A stretch of 64,000 nucleotides of DNA from Candidatus Thermosaccharophagus tengchongensis (GTDB lineage: Bacteria > Armatimonadota > Fervidibacteria > Fervidibacterales > Thermosaccharophagaceae): NCBI GenBank assembly GCA_032161105.1, contig JAVHTD010000002.1. One strand, 5' to 3'. How positions within the stretch are numbered: position 1 is the first letter of the stretch; every line of letters begins with the position of its first letter. The position numbers and the translations under genes are program-made. Positions 48,169 to 58,125 of the stretch are shown here, piece after piece. The notes under the pieces were generated by a model. That model saw nothing but the letters and a program-made list of their open reading frames with translations, searched no databases and had not been told where the DNA came from.

Positions 48169-49866
48169 ATGGCGCATGTTGAAAGGTATCTTGTCAGCGC
48201 GAGGGATTGCGAGAGCAGTGGGATGGTAGTGCGCCATTACGATTCCGTCGTGATCGGCAGCGGCATAGCTGGGCTTTGGACGGCACTGAAATTATCGCAG
48301 CTGGGTGACTTGAAGATCGCCATCGTAACCAAGTCATCTGCGCACGAGTGTAACACTTATTATGCTCAAGGTGGAATTGCCGCGGTGACAAGCCCCAATG
48401 ACTCACCGGAGATGCACTTCAAGGACACGGTCAACGCTGGTGCGGGTCTGTGCAACGAAGAGGCTGTATGGACGCTCGTCTCGGAAGCGCCTGATAGGGT
48501 CAATGAGCTATGCTTCCTCGGGGTCAGGTTTGAGATGGAGGATGGGAAGCCGAAGTTGGCTCATGAAGGTGCTCACAGTGTCAGGCGAATCATCTACGCG
48601 CTGGGGGACAGAACTGGGTATGAGATTGAACGGGTGCTGCTCGGGAAGGTGAGGGAAGCAAAGATTGATCTCATTGAATGGGCGTTTGCTATTGACCTGC
48701 TCGCGGATGATGAGTGCTTTGGTGTGCTTGTCTGGTCGGAGCAGGACGGCAGATACATGGCGTTGGTTTCATCAGTCACATTCATATGCACCGGTGGCAT
48801 CGGGCAACTTTACGAATCAACCACAAATGCAAGGGTGGCAACGGGCGATGGGTTAGCTTTGGCATATCGTGCCGGTGCTGAGCTATCGGACATTGAGTTT
48901 GTGCAATTTCATCCCACCGCGCTCGTTGAGAGGCGTTCTCAGAGGTTGCTTTTGAGCGAGACGATGCGCGGCGAGGGCGGCATCTTGCTCAATGTAAATG
49001 GTGAGCGCTTCATGCCGCGTTATCATCCGATGGCGGAGCTCGCCCCAAGAGACATTGTCAGCCGAGCAATATTTTGCGAGATGAAGCGCTTCAACACGGA
49101 CCATGTGTTTCTTGATGTGAGGTCGCTCGGAGCCGAGTTCATAAGGCGCCGTTTCCCATTCATCTACGAACAATGCCTTGAACGCGGCTATGACCCATCA
49201 AAACAACCGTTGCCGGTAGCACCCGCAGCACACTATCTTGTAGGCGGCATTAAGGTTGACCTTTTCGGGCGCACGAGCATCCGCAGGCTATTTGCAGTCG
49301 GTGAAGCGGCTTGCACCGGCTTGCATGGTGCAAACAGGCTTGCGAGCAACTCGCTCAATGAAGCCCTTGTCTTTGGGCATAGAGCTGCGATGGCAGCTGC
49401 CAAACTTATAGCTTGTGGGCATCCGAATTTAGATCCAAAGGCATTGCTGCCAAGCAAGGTGCCGGCTGGGAAGGATGTCAATTTCGTCCACATGAGAAGC
49501 AGCCTCCAAAAGCTCATGCAAGAGAGCGTTGGGATAGTGCGCACAGGACAGGGGCTCGGGATGGCTCGTTCGCAGCTTGAATATTGGCTTGAAGCGATAA
49601 AGCGTGTCCCGCCGGATGTCAGGGCATGGGAGACAATAAACATGCTCCTTGTTGGGAGGCTGATAGTTGAATCGGCGTTGAGGCGCACCGAAAGTAGGGG
49701 TGCGCATTACCGTGAAGATTACCCGACGAGGGACGACACAAGTTGGGCAATGCACATCGTTCACAAGCCCATCGTTTGCGAGAACGGCGTCCTGGTTCCC
49801 GGGATGGTTGGCTTGGAGAGGGTGGTTAGGGTAAGGGAGAAGCAATCCAAAGATGCAGGCGATTAA
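48169..49866 (+). CDS. nadB: L-aspartate oxidase
   Basis: IGSGIAG, YAQGGIA, EGAHS, QFHPT, ELAPRD, GLHGANRLASNSL and ESRGAH motifs. Confidence 0.95.
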   Translation: MAHVERYLVSARDCESSGMVVRHYDSVVIGSGIAGLWTALKLSQLGDLKIAIVTKSSAHECNTYYAQGGIAAVTSPNDSPEMHFKDTVNAGAGLCNEEAVWTLVSEAPDRVNELCFLGVRFEMEDGKPKLAHEGAHSVRRIIYALGDRTGYEIERVLLGKVREAKIDLIEWAFAIDLLADDECFGVLVWSEQDGRYMALVSSVTFICTGGIGQLYESTTNARVATGDGLALAYRAGAELSDIEFVQFHPTALVERRSQRLLLSETMRGEGGILLNVNGERFMPRYHPMAELAPRDIVSRAIFCEMKRFNTDHVFLDVRSLGAEFIRRRFPFIYEQCLERGYDPSKQPLPVAPAAHYLVGGIKVDLFGRTSIRRLFAVGEAACTGLHGANRLASNSLNEALVFGHRAAMAAAKLIACGHPNLDPKALLPSKVPAGKDVNFVHMRSSLQKLMQESVGIVRTGQGLGMARSQLEYWLEAIKRVPPDVRAWETINMLLVGRLIVESALRRTESRGAHYREDYPTRDDTSWAMHIVHKPIVCENGVLVPGMVGLERVVRVREKQSKDAGD

Positions 49867-49898
49867 GATGTCAGGGAGAAAAGGCGCGGGGTGATGAT

Positions 49899-50414
49899 TT
49901 GATGCGCGGGAAAAAGAGCGGAAGGTTTGTTACGATATGTGAGACGGAGTTGCTGCGCAAAAGAGGGGTTACGAAGGTGAGCTGCGAAACCGGTTTGACG
50001 CATTTTGCCATCCCGCTATACGGCGATGATGGCAAGGTTGCGCAATGGCGCGTCCGAATTGTGCGTGCGTTGAGTGAGGCTGGGGTTAGACCAATGCTTG
50101 TCAAGTTTCACCCGCAAGCGTTGCACTTCACCGTTCATTCGGAGGAGCGCGAGATGGCGCTAAATGTTTTGAGCGGGCTGCGCCTTAAAGGGGAGCCGAA
50201 GGTGACCGATAATTGTTGCCTTATCGCCGTCATATCTTCCGCGATGCGTGACCTCCCCGGAGTGATGTCTCGTATTGCCGAGACGGCGTTGAACCTATCG
50301 GTTGATGTCCTTGAAATCAGCGATACGAGGTCAGCAGTCCTGTTGCTCGCGCATGTTGAGAAATGGGAGCTGCTTTTATCCGCTTTCCGTAAGGCGTTCG
50401 GAATTGGGCGGTGA
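49899..50414 (+). CDS. Stand-alone tandem ACT-domain protein resembling the aspartokinase regulatory region
   Basis: IAVISSAMRDLPGVMSRI...ISD aligns with the C-terminal ACT of the downstream aspartokinase. Confidence 0.72.
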   Translation: MMRGKKSGRFVTICETELLRKRGVTKVSCETGLTHFAIPLYGDDGKVAQWRVRIVRALSEAGVRPMLVKFHPQALHFTVHSEEREMALNVLSGLRLKGEPKVTDNCCLIAVISSAMRDLPGVMSRIAETALNLSVDVLEISDTRSAVLLLAHVEKWELLLSAFRKAFGIGR

Positions 50415-50444
50415 TAGCGCTTTGATTCATCTTCAGCTGTAGAG

Positions 50445-51848
50445 GTGATGCGCATGCCCTCATCTGGCAGGATAATTGTCCAGAAGTTTGGCGGGACTTC
50501 CGTTCACCCGATGGAGAACCTCATGTCCTCAGCGAGGTGTGTCATAAAAGCAATACATCAGGGGTGGACTCCTGTGGTGGTTGTTTCGGCGCCCGGGAGG
50601 AAGGGCGACCCATACGCCACTGACACTTTGAAGAAGCTCGCCGAGGATATAAATCCACAAGTGCCAGTCAAGCCGAGGGAGCTTGATCTCTTGATGACTT
50701 GCGGCGAGATCATTTCAATCGTGCTCATGGCGCAGGCAATAAGGGTAATTGGTGGATACGACACAATAGCGTTGACTGGTGGACAAGCGGGCATTTACAC
50801 GGACTATGAGTTTGGCAATGCCGCCATCCTTGAGATTGACACTCGCTACATACGCAGATGCATTAGGGAGGGCAAGATACCAGTTGTTGCTGGCTTCCAA
50901 GGTGTGACGAAGCGCATGGCAGGAGGGGAATATGTTCACGGCGCCATAACCACACTTGGCAGGGGCGGCTCAGACACAACTGCTGCTGCGCTCGGGAAGG
51001 CGCTTGGAGCGCAGCTGATTGAAATCTACACCGATGTGGATGGCGTTATGACTGCCGACCCAAAAATCGTCGGTGCGAAAGCGCGCAGGCATGAAAGCTT
51101 AACTTATGAGGAGTTGTCCGAGCTTGCGCATCTTGGCGCAAGGGTTGTTCATCCGAGGGCAGTTGAAATTGCTCATGAGAGCATGGTGCCGTTATGTGTC
51201 AGAAGCACTGGAGCTACTTCCGTGGGCACAATGGTGGACAAGTCGCTCGGGGAGTTTGGCAGCGGGTTTCACCGCATAACCGGCATAACACAATCCGCCC
51301 CAGTTGCGCACTTCAAGATAGAAGTTGAGAGGGAAAGCGACCTGCCCGAAGTTGAAATGCTCGTTTACAGGGCGCTTGGAGATTGCAGGATTAGCGTTCA
51401 CTTTAATGTGCGCTCAAAGAGAGGCTTTGAGTTCGTCGTCAATCGTGAGGCGATGCGCCAAGCCTTGGAAGTGCTTGATGGTTTGCCGATAAATGTCGGA
51501 AGGGATAAGCGTGAGCGCACTTATGTCCTGTCGGCGGATTCGGGCAGCGACTCATTCAATGTCAAGCTGCGCATGCTTAAGGAAGCCATGAGGCGCTCAG
51601 GCGGGCAGTCGGAGCTCAGGGTGACGAGGATGGAAATCGGTGCGGACAGAGCGGTGGTCTCAATCGTTGCCCCAAATGTGAGGGAGCATCCATCAGTGCT
51701 CGCACAAGCATTGGATGCATTGCTTGAAGCCAAAGTTGATGTCCATCAAATGTCGGACGCCGATCACTCACTTTCATTCCTCGTGTATGAGGAGGATGCA
51801 GCCAAAGCGGTAAGGGTGTTGCATAGCAAGTTTGTTGAGGTGGCATAA
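50445..51848 (+). CDS. Aspartate kinase (DapG/LysC-like)
   Basis: VQKFGGTSV, VVVVSA, YATDTL, VAGFQG, TTLGRGGSDTTA and DVDGVMTADP motifs. Confidence 0.93.
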   Translation: MMRMPSSGRIIVQKFGGTSVHPMENLMSSARCVIKAIHQGWTPVVVVSAPGRKGDPYATDTLKKLAEDINPQVPVKPRELDLLMTCGEIISIVLMAQAIRVIGGYDTIALTGGQAGIYTDYEFGNAAILEIDTRYIRRCIREGKIPVVAGFQGVTKRMAGGEYVHGAITTLGRGGSDTTAAALGKALGAQLIEIYTDVDGVMTADPKIVGAKARRHESLTYEELSELAHLGARVVHPRAVEIAHESMVPLCVRSTGATSVGTMVDKSLGEFGSGFHRITGITQSAPVAHFKIEVERESDLPEVEMLVYRALGDCRISVHFNVRSKRGFEFVVNREAMRQALEVLDGLPINVGRDKRERTYVLSADSGSDSFNVKLRMLKEAMRRSGGQSELRVTRMEIGADRAVVSIVAPNVREHPSVLAQALDALLEAKVDVHQMSDADHSLSFLVYEEDAAKAVRVLHSKFVEVA

Positions 51849-51926
51849 GGGACAAAGCTGCACTTCATCTCGCCGGGGGCGCAAATTGCGCCCGTTGCTG
51901 TAATCCCGTCCAATCAATCGCTGCGG

Positions 51927-52310
51927 GTGGTTACCGTGAATTTTGTTGCAGATTATTGGTATGTGGCTCTATTCGCCCTCATGGGTGTCATGTTCATTTT
52001 TGCGGCGCTGTTCCTCGCATGGTTAATCCGCCCGCATAACCCAACGCAAGATAAACTCATGCCGTATGAATGCAGTGTGCGTCCATTGGGGGATGCAAGG
52101 GTTCAGTTTCGCATCATCTTTTACCTCGTCGCGCTGCTGTTCCTCGCATTTGATGTTGAGGTTGTTTTTCTGTTCCCATGGGCTGTTATCCTCGGAGAGC
52201 TTAGCGGCATGGGACTTGGATTGCTCGCTTGGTTTGACATGATGCTATTCATCGGCATATTGTTGGTCGCTTGGCTGTATGCATATCGCAAGGGTGTGCT
52301 TGATTGGTGA
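51927..52310 (+). CDS. nuoA: NADH-quinone oxidoreductase subunit A
   Basis: K-x-x-PYEC, FDVE-x3-LFPWA and KGVLDW motifs. Confidence 0.95.
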   Translation: MVTVNFVADYWYVALFALMGVMFIFAALFLAWLIRPHNPTQDKLMPYECSVRPLGDARVQFRIIFYLVALLFLAFDVEVVFLFPWAVILGELSGMGLGLLAWFDMMLFIGILLVAWLYAYRKGVLDW

Positions 52311-52333
52311 GTTTGACCCAGAGGTGAAGTTGT

Positions 52334-52843
52334 GTGCCTTTGAGCGAGAGCCAACTTGAGGATGAGATTAAACGCAAGCTTGCACAGGTCCCGATGTCAT
52401 TCAAGGTAGGGAAGAGTGGGTTGGAAGTGTGCATTGATAGCAAGCATTTGATTGAGCTCTGCAAGGTGCTGCGCGACGAACCATTGCTGTGCTTTGATTA
52501 CCTGCGTTGCATCAGCGCCGTTGATTGGATTGACGATGGACGGATAGAGGTCGTCTACCACCTTTACTCAATGGCTCACGGGCATTGCATCGTCGTTAAG
52601 ACGAGCGTCCCGAGGGAAAACGCGATGTTGCCATCGGTGAGCGGCATTTGGGCGGCTGCTGACTGGCTTGAGCGTGAGGCTTATGACCTCATGGGTGTGC
52701 TCTTTGAAGGGCATCCCAACTTGAGGAGGATACTACTGCCGCATGATTGGGAGGGGCATCCGCTCCGCAAGGACTACGCTTATGACCCGATAGAGTTTGA
52801 TGAAGAGTATGCTGCGAAGGTGCGGCGTGGTGAGATGCCTTGA
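52334..52843 (+). CDS. nuoC: NADH-quinone oxidoreductase subunit C
   Basis: WLEREAYDLMGVLFEGHPNLRRILLP and GHPLRKDY motifs. Confidence 0.95.
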   Translation: MPLSESQLEDEIKRKLAQVPMSFKVGKSGLEVCIDSKHLIELCKVLRDEPLLCFDYLRCISAVDWIDDGRIEVVYHLYSMAHGHCIVVKTSVPRENAMLPSVSGIWAAADWLEREAYDLMGVLFEGHPNLRRILLPHDWEGHPLRKDYAYDPIEFDEEYAAKVRRGEMP

Positions 52844-54033
52844 AGCTGCGAGGCAATTGCCGAAGCGACTTCAATGGCTCTGTGCAGCCAAGTCAGTTGA
52901 TGGTTGAGGAGGCACGCCCAGGTGAGGCACTCAAGACCGACCGACTCATCCTCAACATGGGACCACAACACCCGAGCACTCACGGCGTGCTGCGCATGAT
53001 ACTCACCGTTGATGGCGAGTGGGTTGTTTCAGCGGAGCCGGATATAGGCTACCTGCACAGGGGCTTTGAGAAGCTCGCAGAGATGCGCGAGTATGAGCAG
53101 ACGATTTTCCTGAGCGACCGATGGGACTACCTCTCATCAATGAGCAACAACATCGCCATGTCGCTTGCGGTTGAGAGATTGCTTGACATTCAAGTCCCAG
53201 AGAGGGCGCAGTGGATACGAATGCTTGTCGCCGAGTTGCAGCGCATAGCATCCCACCTTGTGTTCATCGCAGCATACGGTTTGGACACAGGTGCTATGAC
53301 GCCCTTCTTTTACTGCTTCCGTGAGAGGGAGCGCATAGTCACGCTGTTTGAAATGCTTTGTGGGGCGAGATTGACATATCACTATGTTCGGATTGGTGGC
53401 GTAGCAGCTGACCTCCCGGATGGCTTCCTTGAGGAGCTTGAATCCCTCATCCCGATGCTGCGCAGCGGGTTTGACGAAATTGACGAGCTGCTCATCTTCA
53501 ACCCGATCTTCATGGAGCGCACAAAGGGGGTTGGAATTATACCGCCTCACTTGGCTGTGAGCTACGGTCTTTCCGGTCCGATGATAAGGGCAAGCGGCAT
53601 ACCGTATGATGTGCGCAGGTGTCACCCTTATCTCCTTTACGATGCCGTTGATTGGGATGTGGTCACGCATGATGGCTGTGACAGTTGGGCACGAGTTTGG
53701 GTGCGCTCGCAGGAGATGCGTCAAAGCCTGCGCATAGTTGAGCAAGCAATTGAACATCTCAAGGGTATGCCAAAGGGCGAGGTGAGGGCAAAGCTCGGAA
53801 GGTCAATTCGCCCGCCTAAGGGGGATTGCTATGTTGCAATAGAGTCGCCGAGGGGCGAACTCGGAATTTACATTGTGAGTGATGGCTCAACAAAACCATA
53901 CAGGGTGAAAATACGGGGACCGTCATTCGTCAACCTCTCAATTGCGCCGAGGGTGCTTCCCGGAGTGAAGATCGCAGACCTCGTGGCGATACTCGGCAGC
54001 TTTGACCTTGTCATGGGAGAGGTGGACAGATGA
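52840..54033 (+). CDS. nuoD: NADH-quinone oxidoreductase subunit D
   Basis: NMGPQHPSTHGVLR, GYLHRGFEK, RWDY, ESPRGE and GEVDR motifs; start may be ~52900. Confidence 0.96.
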   Translation: MKLRGNCRSDFNGSVQPSQLMVEEARPGEALKTDRLILNMGPQHPSTHGVLRMILTVDGEWVVSAEPDIGYLHRGFEKLAEMREYEQTIFLSDRWDYLSSMSNNIAMSLAVERLLDIQVPERAQWIRMLVAELQRIASHLVFIAAYGLDTGAMTPFFYCFRERERIVTLFEMLCGARLTYHYVRIGGVAADLPDGFLEELESLIPMLRSGFDEIDELLIFNPIFMERTKGVGIIPPHLAVSYGLSGPMIRASGIPYDVRRCHPYLLYDAVDWDVVTHDGCDSWARVWVRSQEMRQSLRIVEQAIEHLKGMPKGEVRAKLGRSIRPPKGDCYVAIESPRGELGIYIVSDGSTKPYRVKIRGPSFVNLSIAPRVLPGVKIADLVAILGSFDLVMGEVDR

Positions 54034-55091
54034 ACCGAATTGGGTTGGCATGGCTGTGTGAGAGGCTCCTCAGGTGGACTGGTGTGCCGGTTGAATTCTG
54101 GGTTGGTCTTGTGGTTGCCGTGATCATTTTCCTCTTCATGAGCGTCGTTGTGCTTGCGCTCGTCTATCTATTTCGCAAGTTTGCCGGCTTCATACAGGTG
54201 CGCCTCGGTCCAAGGTATGTCGGACCAAGGGGTGTGCTGCAGACCATCTGCGATGCTATCAAGTTACTCGCCAAGGAGGACATCATACCAGCCGAAGCTG
54301 ACAGGGGTATATTCATTGCTGCGCCATTGATTGTTTTCCTTCCGGCATATCTCGTCTACATCGTCATACCGCTTGGGCAGCCGCCGCACTTCCAGCCGAA
54401 GGACTTGAACTTGGGTATCCTGTATGTGCTCGCCATAACTTCAATCACCGTTGTCGGGATAATAACAGCCGGATGGGCTTCCGGAAGCAAGTGGGCAACA
54501 ATCGGCGGCATGCGCAGCGGTGCTCAGCTTATCTCTTACGAGGTGCCAATGTCTCTTGCAGTGCTCATCCCTGTGCTCATCTCGGGCTCGCTCAGCATGA
54601 AGGACATAGCGGAAGCACAGGGGAATCGCTTCTGGAACTGGAACGCATTCAACATCAACTACTTCGGGTTGACGCTTGTAGCCTTCATCGTCTACATGAT
54701 ATGCGCTCTCGCCGAAACAAACCAAATACCGTTTGACCTGCCGGAAGCGGAGAGCGAGTTAGTTGCCGGCTACAATGTAGAATACAGCGGGATTCGCTTT
54801 GCCTTCTTCTTCCTTGCCGAGTTCTCCAACCTGTTCGTTGTCTGCGCAATTGCCACCACGCTTTTCCTTGGCGGCTGGCATGCTCCACTTCCGTTCATGC
54901 CCGATGATGGGCTTTGGTCTGTGGTTTGGTTCATGCTCAAGACTTGGGCTCTCGTCTTTATCGCCCTTTGGATAAGGTCAACTTATCCGAGGGTGCGAAT
55001 TGACCAACTTATGGAATTCGCATGGAAGAGGTTGTTTCCCGTCATGCTCGCCGAATTGGGCATAGTGTCGCTCTTGGTTGCGCTGAGGTGA
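54030..55091 (+). CDS. nuoH: NADH-quinone oxidoreductase subunit H
   Basis: RLGP..VGP.G.LQ, AQLISYE, PFDLPEAESELVAG and PRVRIDQL motifs. Confidence 0.96.
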   Translation: MNRIGLAWLCERLLRWTGVPVEFWVGLVVAVIIFLFMSVVVLALVYLFRKFAGFIQVRLGPRYVGPRGVLQTICDAIKLLAKEDIIPAEADRGIFIAAPLIVFLPAYLVYIVIPLGQPPHFQPKDLNLGILYVLAITSITVVGIITAGWASGSKWATIGGMRSGAQLISYEVPMSLAVLIPVLISGSLSMKDIAEAQGNRFWNWNAFNINYFGLTLVAFIVYMICALAETNQIPFDLPEAESELVAGYNVEYSGIRFAFFFLAEFSNLFVVCAIATTLFLGGWHAPLPFMPDDGLWSVVWFMLKTWALVFIALWIRSTYPRVRIDQLMEFAWKRLFPVMLAELGIVSLLVALR

Positions 55092-55096
55092 GCCGA

Positions 55097-55654
55097 ATGA
55101 ACGGCAGCTTCGTGTGGTGGGCTTTCTTCTACGCCCTATCGGCATTCATCCTGCTAAACGCCATCATGGTTGTGGCTGGCAGGAATCTTTTCAGGTGCGC
55201 TCTGCATTTGATGCTCGTGTTCCTCGGCGTTGCCGGGCTGTTCCTGTTGCAAGGGGCGATCTTCTTAGCCGGTGTGCAAGTGCTCATTTACACCGGTGGT
55301 GTCACTACGCTCATACTCTTCGCCGTCATGCTCAGCGAGGAGGTCGTTGGGAAGGGGAGGCGGCTTGTGAGTGCGAATGTGGGCATCGGTATAAGCGCAG
55401 CCGTGTGCTTCTTTGGTCTGGCGCTGACCATCTTGGGCACAGCGGTTGTCAAGCTGCCGGCAAACTATGAGGTGCAGATTGCACCGCTGGCGCAGTTCGT
55501 TGCAGAGGCGGCTTCCTCACCGATGGGTAATGTGCGCGCTGCCGGTGTAGGATTGGTCACGCAATTCCTTGTGCCATTTGAGTTTGCATCCGTGCTCCTG
55601 CTGGTTGCGGTTGTCGGCGCAATAACTGTTGCAAGGCTCGCCGGTGGCAAGTGA
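55097..55654 (+). CDS. nuoJ: NADH-quinone oxidoreductase subunit J
   Basis: QVLIYTGG...LFAVML and PFEFASVLLLVAVVGA motifs. Confidence 0.93.
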   Translation: MNGSFVWWAFFYALSAFILLNAIMVVAGRNLFRCALHLMLVFLGVAGLFLLQGAIFLAGVQVLIYTGGVTTLILFAVMLSEEVVGKGRRLVSANVGIGISAAVCFFGLALTILGTAVVKLPANYEVQIAPLAQFVAEAASSPMGNVRAAGVGLVTQFLVPFEFASVLLLVAVVGAITVARLAGGK

Positions 55655-55687
55655 GTTTATCCATGCCGTGAAAGGTCGGATCGGCAG

Positions 55688-56008
55688 GTGTTAATGATGG
55701 GAGTGTGGCTCATGCATTACTTGGTTCTCTCGGCGCTGCTCTTCTCAATCGGAATTTACGGCGTGCTCACGAGGCGAAACGCAATCGCGATCCTGATGGG
55801 GATAGAACTTATGCTCAATGCCGTCAACCTCAACTTTGTGGCTGTGTGCTTCGCCTTAACGCCAAATCAGATAACGGGACAGCTATTTGCAGCTTTTGTG
55901 ATCGTAGTTGCTGCCGCTGAAGCTTGCATAGGGTTTGCCCTCATCATAGCCATCTACAGGAACTTCGGGAAGGTAAATGTGGATGACATTAACATCATGC
56001 GGTGGTAG
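55688..56008 (+). CDS. nuoK: NADH-quinone oxidoreductase subunit K
   Basis: RRNAI..LMGIELMLNAVN and VAAAEA motifs. Confidence 0.95.
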   Translation: MLMMGVWLMHYLVLSALLFSIGIYGVLTRRNAIAILMGIELMLNAVNLNFVAVCFALTPNQITGQLFAAFVIVVAAAEACIGFALIIAIYRNFGKVNVDDINIMRW

Positions 56009-56031
56009 GCTGCCTGCGAAGGGGTGAGAGG

Positions 56032-58083
56032 ATGAGCATTGCTTCAGTTGTGCCATTGCTCATTTTGGGATTGCCGTTTCTGGCATTCCTAATCTGCGCG
56101 CTGGTCGGATATAAATTGCGCGAGCGCGCCGCATTGGTTGCGCTGTCACTTGTCGGTCTGTCATCGTTACTCTGCCTCTTTACATTCGGCGCCGCAATCA
56201 TCTCAGCCTGCTCGGGAAAGGATGTCCTTGCGCAGGGCGTCTGGATGCGCATTCAAGTTGGCAGTGGTAAGGCACAGCTCACAATCCCGATCGGTTACAT
56301 CATTGATCCCCTCACATCCGTTATGCTTTTCGTCGTAGGCTTCATCGGATGGTGGATAATGCTCTATTCAGTCGGATACATGCACGGCGATGTGCGCTAT
56401 CACCGTTACTTCGCATACATGTCGCTGTTCATGGCGTCCATGCTCGGGCTTGTGCTCGCAAACAACTTTGTGATGCTTTACATCTGCTGGGAACTCGTCG
56501 GGCTGTGCTCCTACCTCCTCATCGGCTTTTGGTATGAGCGTGAAGCAGCTATGCGTGCATGCAAGAAGGCTTTTATAGTGACGAGGCTCGGCGACACCGG
56601 GTTTGCGCTCGGCATCTTCCTCATCGCTGCAATCACTGGCAGCGTTCTCTTTTACTCCACCGACGGCATTGATGGCATCTTCACATTGCTTCGTGATGGT
56701 TCGCTACCGCATAGCAACCTTCTTGCGCTCGCCCCCATTTTGCTCTTCTTCGGGGCAATCGGCAAGTCGGCACAATTCCCATTGCATGTTTGGCTTCCGG
56801 ACGCGATGGAAGGACCAACGCCAGTCAGTGCTTTAATTCACGCTGCCACAATGGTTGCAGCCGGTGTTTACATGGTCGCAAGATGCTATGTGCTGTTTGA
56901 TGAGCGCATCGTCGGCGTGTTGACGCTGTTTGGAAACACAGTGGCATTGTCGTCGGGTAAATTCGTCGCACATATTGGGTGCTTCACCGCCTTCATGGCT
57001 GCCACAATCGCCCTTGTGCAGACCGACATCAAGCGCATACTCGCATACTCAACTATAAGCCAACTCGGCTACATGATGATGGGGCTCGGGCTCGGCGCAT
57101 ATTCAGCCGGCACATTCCATCTGATGACGCACGCCTTCTTTAAAGCGCTGTTGTTCCTATGTGCCGGAAGCGTCATCCATGCTATGCAGACAAATGAGAT
57201 CTTTCACATGGGCGGTCTGAGAAGAGCCATGCCGATAACATTTGCCACTTATCTGATTGGCATGGCGGCACTCGCCGGAATACCGCCGCTTTCCGGCTTT
57301 TGGAGCAAGGATGAGATATTGGCACATGCCTTCTCACACAACAAGCTGCTATGGGCTGTCGGTGAAGTGACGGCATTCCTTACGGCTCTTTATATGGCGA
57401 GGCAGCTTTGCATCGTCTTCTTGGGTGAGCAAAGGAGGCATGATGTTCATCCGCATGAGAGCCCGCCAGTGATGTTGATCCCGCTCATCATACTCTCCAT
57501 CGGGGCTGCGTTTAGCGGCTTTGTCGGGATGCCTTGGGCAAACCTGTATGGCAAGTTCGTGAGCTATGGCGAGTCGCACAGTGCAGGACACGGTTCATCG
57601 GCATTCGTGATGTTCGTGTCGCTGTGCGCCTCACTTCTTGGCGTCCTATTTGGCTATCGCCTTTATGGCACAAGATGCATCACAAACGCTGCCGAAGACC
57701 CACTTCGGTCACTCCTCGGCGGAGCTTACTCGTTCCTTGAAGCCAAATGGCACTTGGATTGGTATGAGGGCGCAAGGGTGAGGCGGGCTTTCTTTGGCAC
57801 CGTTAACCGTTGCAGGGCATTTGACCTCGGCGTTGTTGACGGCTTTGTGAATCTCATCGGGTGGACTACGGCTTATGTCCTCGCATATCTGCATCGCTGC
57901 TTTGACCTATACATCGTTGACGGCGTAGTCAATGGCATGGCATTGTTCACAGGCTTCATTGGCGATGCTCTCAGGCGCATACAAACCGGCTTTGTGCGCC
58001 ACTACATGCTCTTCGTGCTCATCGGATTTGTTGTTCTCATTGCCCTCACTATGTGGCGGGCAATCCTGCTCGCACACCTGTAA
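56032..58083 (+). CDS. nuoL: NADH-quinone oxidoreductase subunit L
   Basis: WELVGLCSYLLIGF, KSAQFPLHVWLPDAMEGPTPVSALIHAATM and HAFFKALLFL motifs. Confidence 0.96.
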   Translation: MSIASVVPLLILGLPFLAFLICALVGYKLRERAALVALSLVGLSSLLCLFTFGAAIISACSGKDVLAQGVWMRIQVGSGKAQLTIPIGYIIDPLTSVMLFVVGFIGWWIMLYSVGYMHGDVRYHRYFAYMSLFMASMLGLVLANNFVMLYICWELVGLCSYLLIGFWYEREAAMRACKKAFIVTRLGDTGFALGIFLIAAITGSVLFYSTDGIDGIFTLLRDGSLPHSNLLALAPILLFFGAIGKSAQFPLHVWLPDAMEGPTPVSALIHAATMVAAGVYMVARCYVLFDERIVGVLTLFGNTVALSSGKFVAHIGCFTAFMAATIALVQTDIKRILAYSTISQLGYMMMGLGLGAYSAGTFHLMTHAFFKALLFLCAGSVIHAMQTNEIFHMGGLRRAMPITFATYLIGMAALAGIPPLSGFWSKDEILAHAFSHNKLLWAVGEVTAFLTALYMARQLCIVFLGEQRRHDVHPHESPPVMLIPLIILSIGAAFSGFVGMPWANLYGKFVSYGESHSAGHGSSAFVMFVSLCASLLGVLFGYRLYGTRCITNAAEDPLRSLLGGAYSFLEAKWHLDWYEGARVRRAFFGTVNRCRAFDLGVVDGFVNLIGWTTAYVLAYLHRCFDLYIVDGVVNGMALFTGFIGDALRRIQTGFVRHYMLFVLIGFVVLIALTMWRAILLAHL

Positions 58084-58125
58084 GCGCGCTTGAATGCTGG
58101 AAGGTGTGGAAAGGGTGAATGAGCG

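Noticed and set aside
52840..54033. Group 4 NiFe-hydrogenase large subunit
   Set aside because: Lacks both CxxC nickel-binding motifs and ends in GEVDR as NuoD does.
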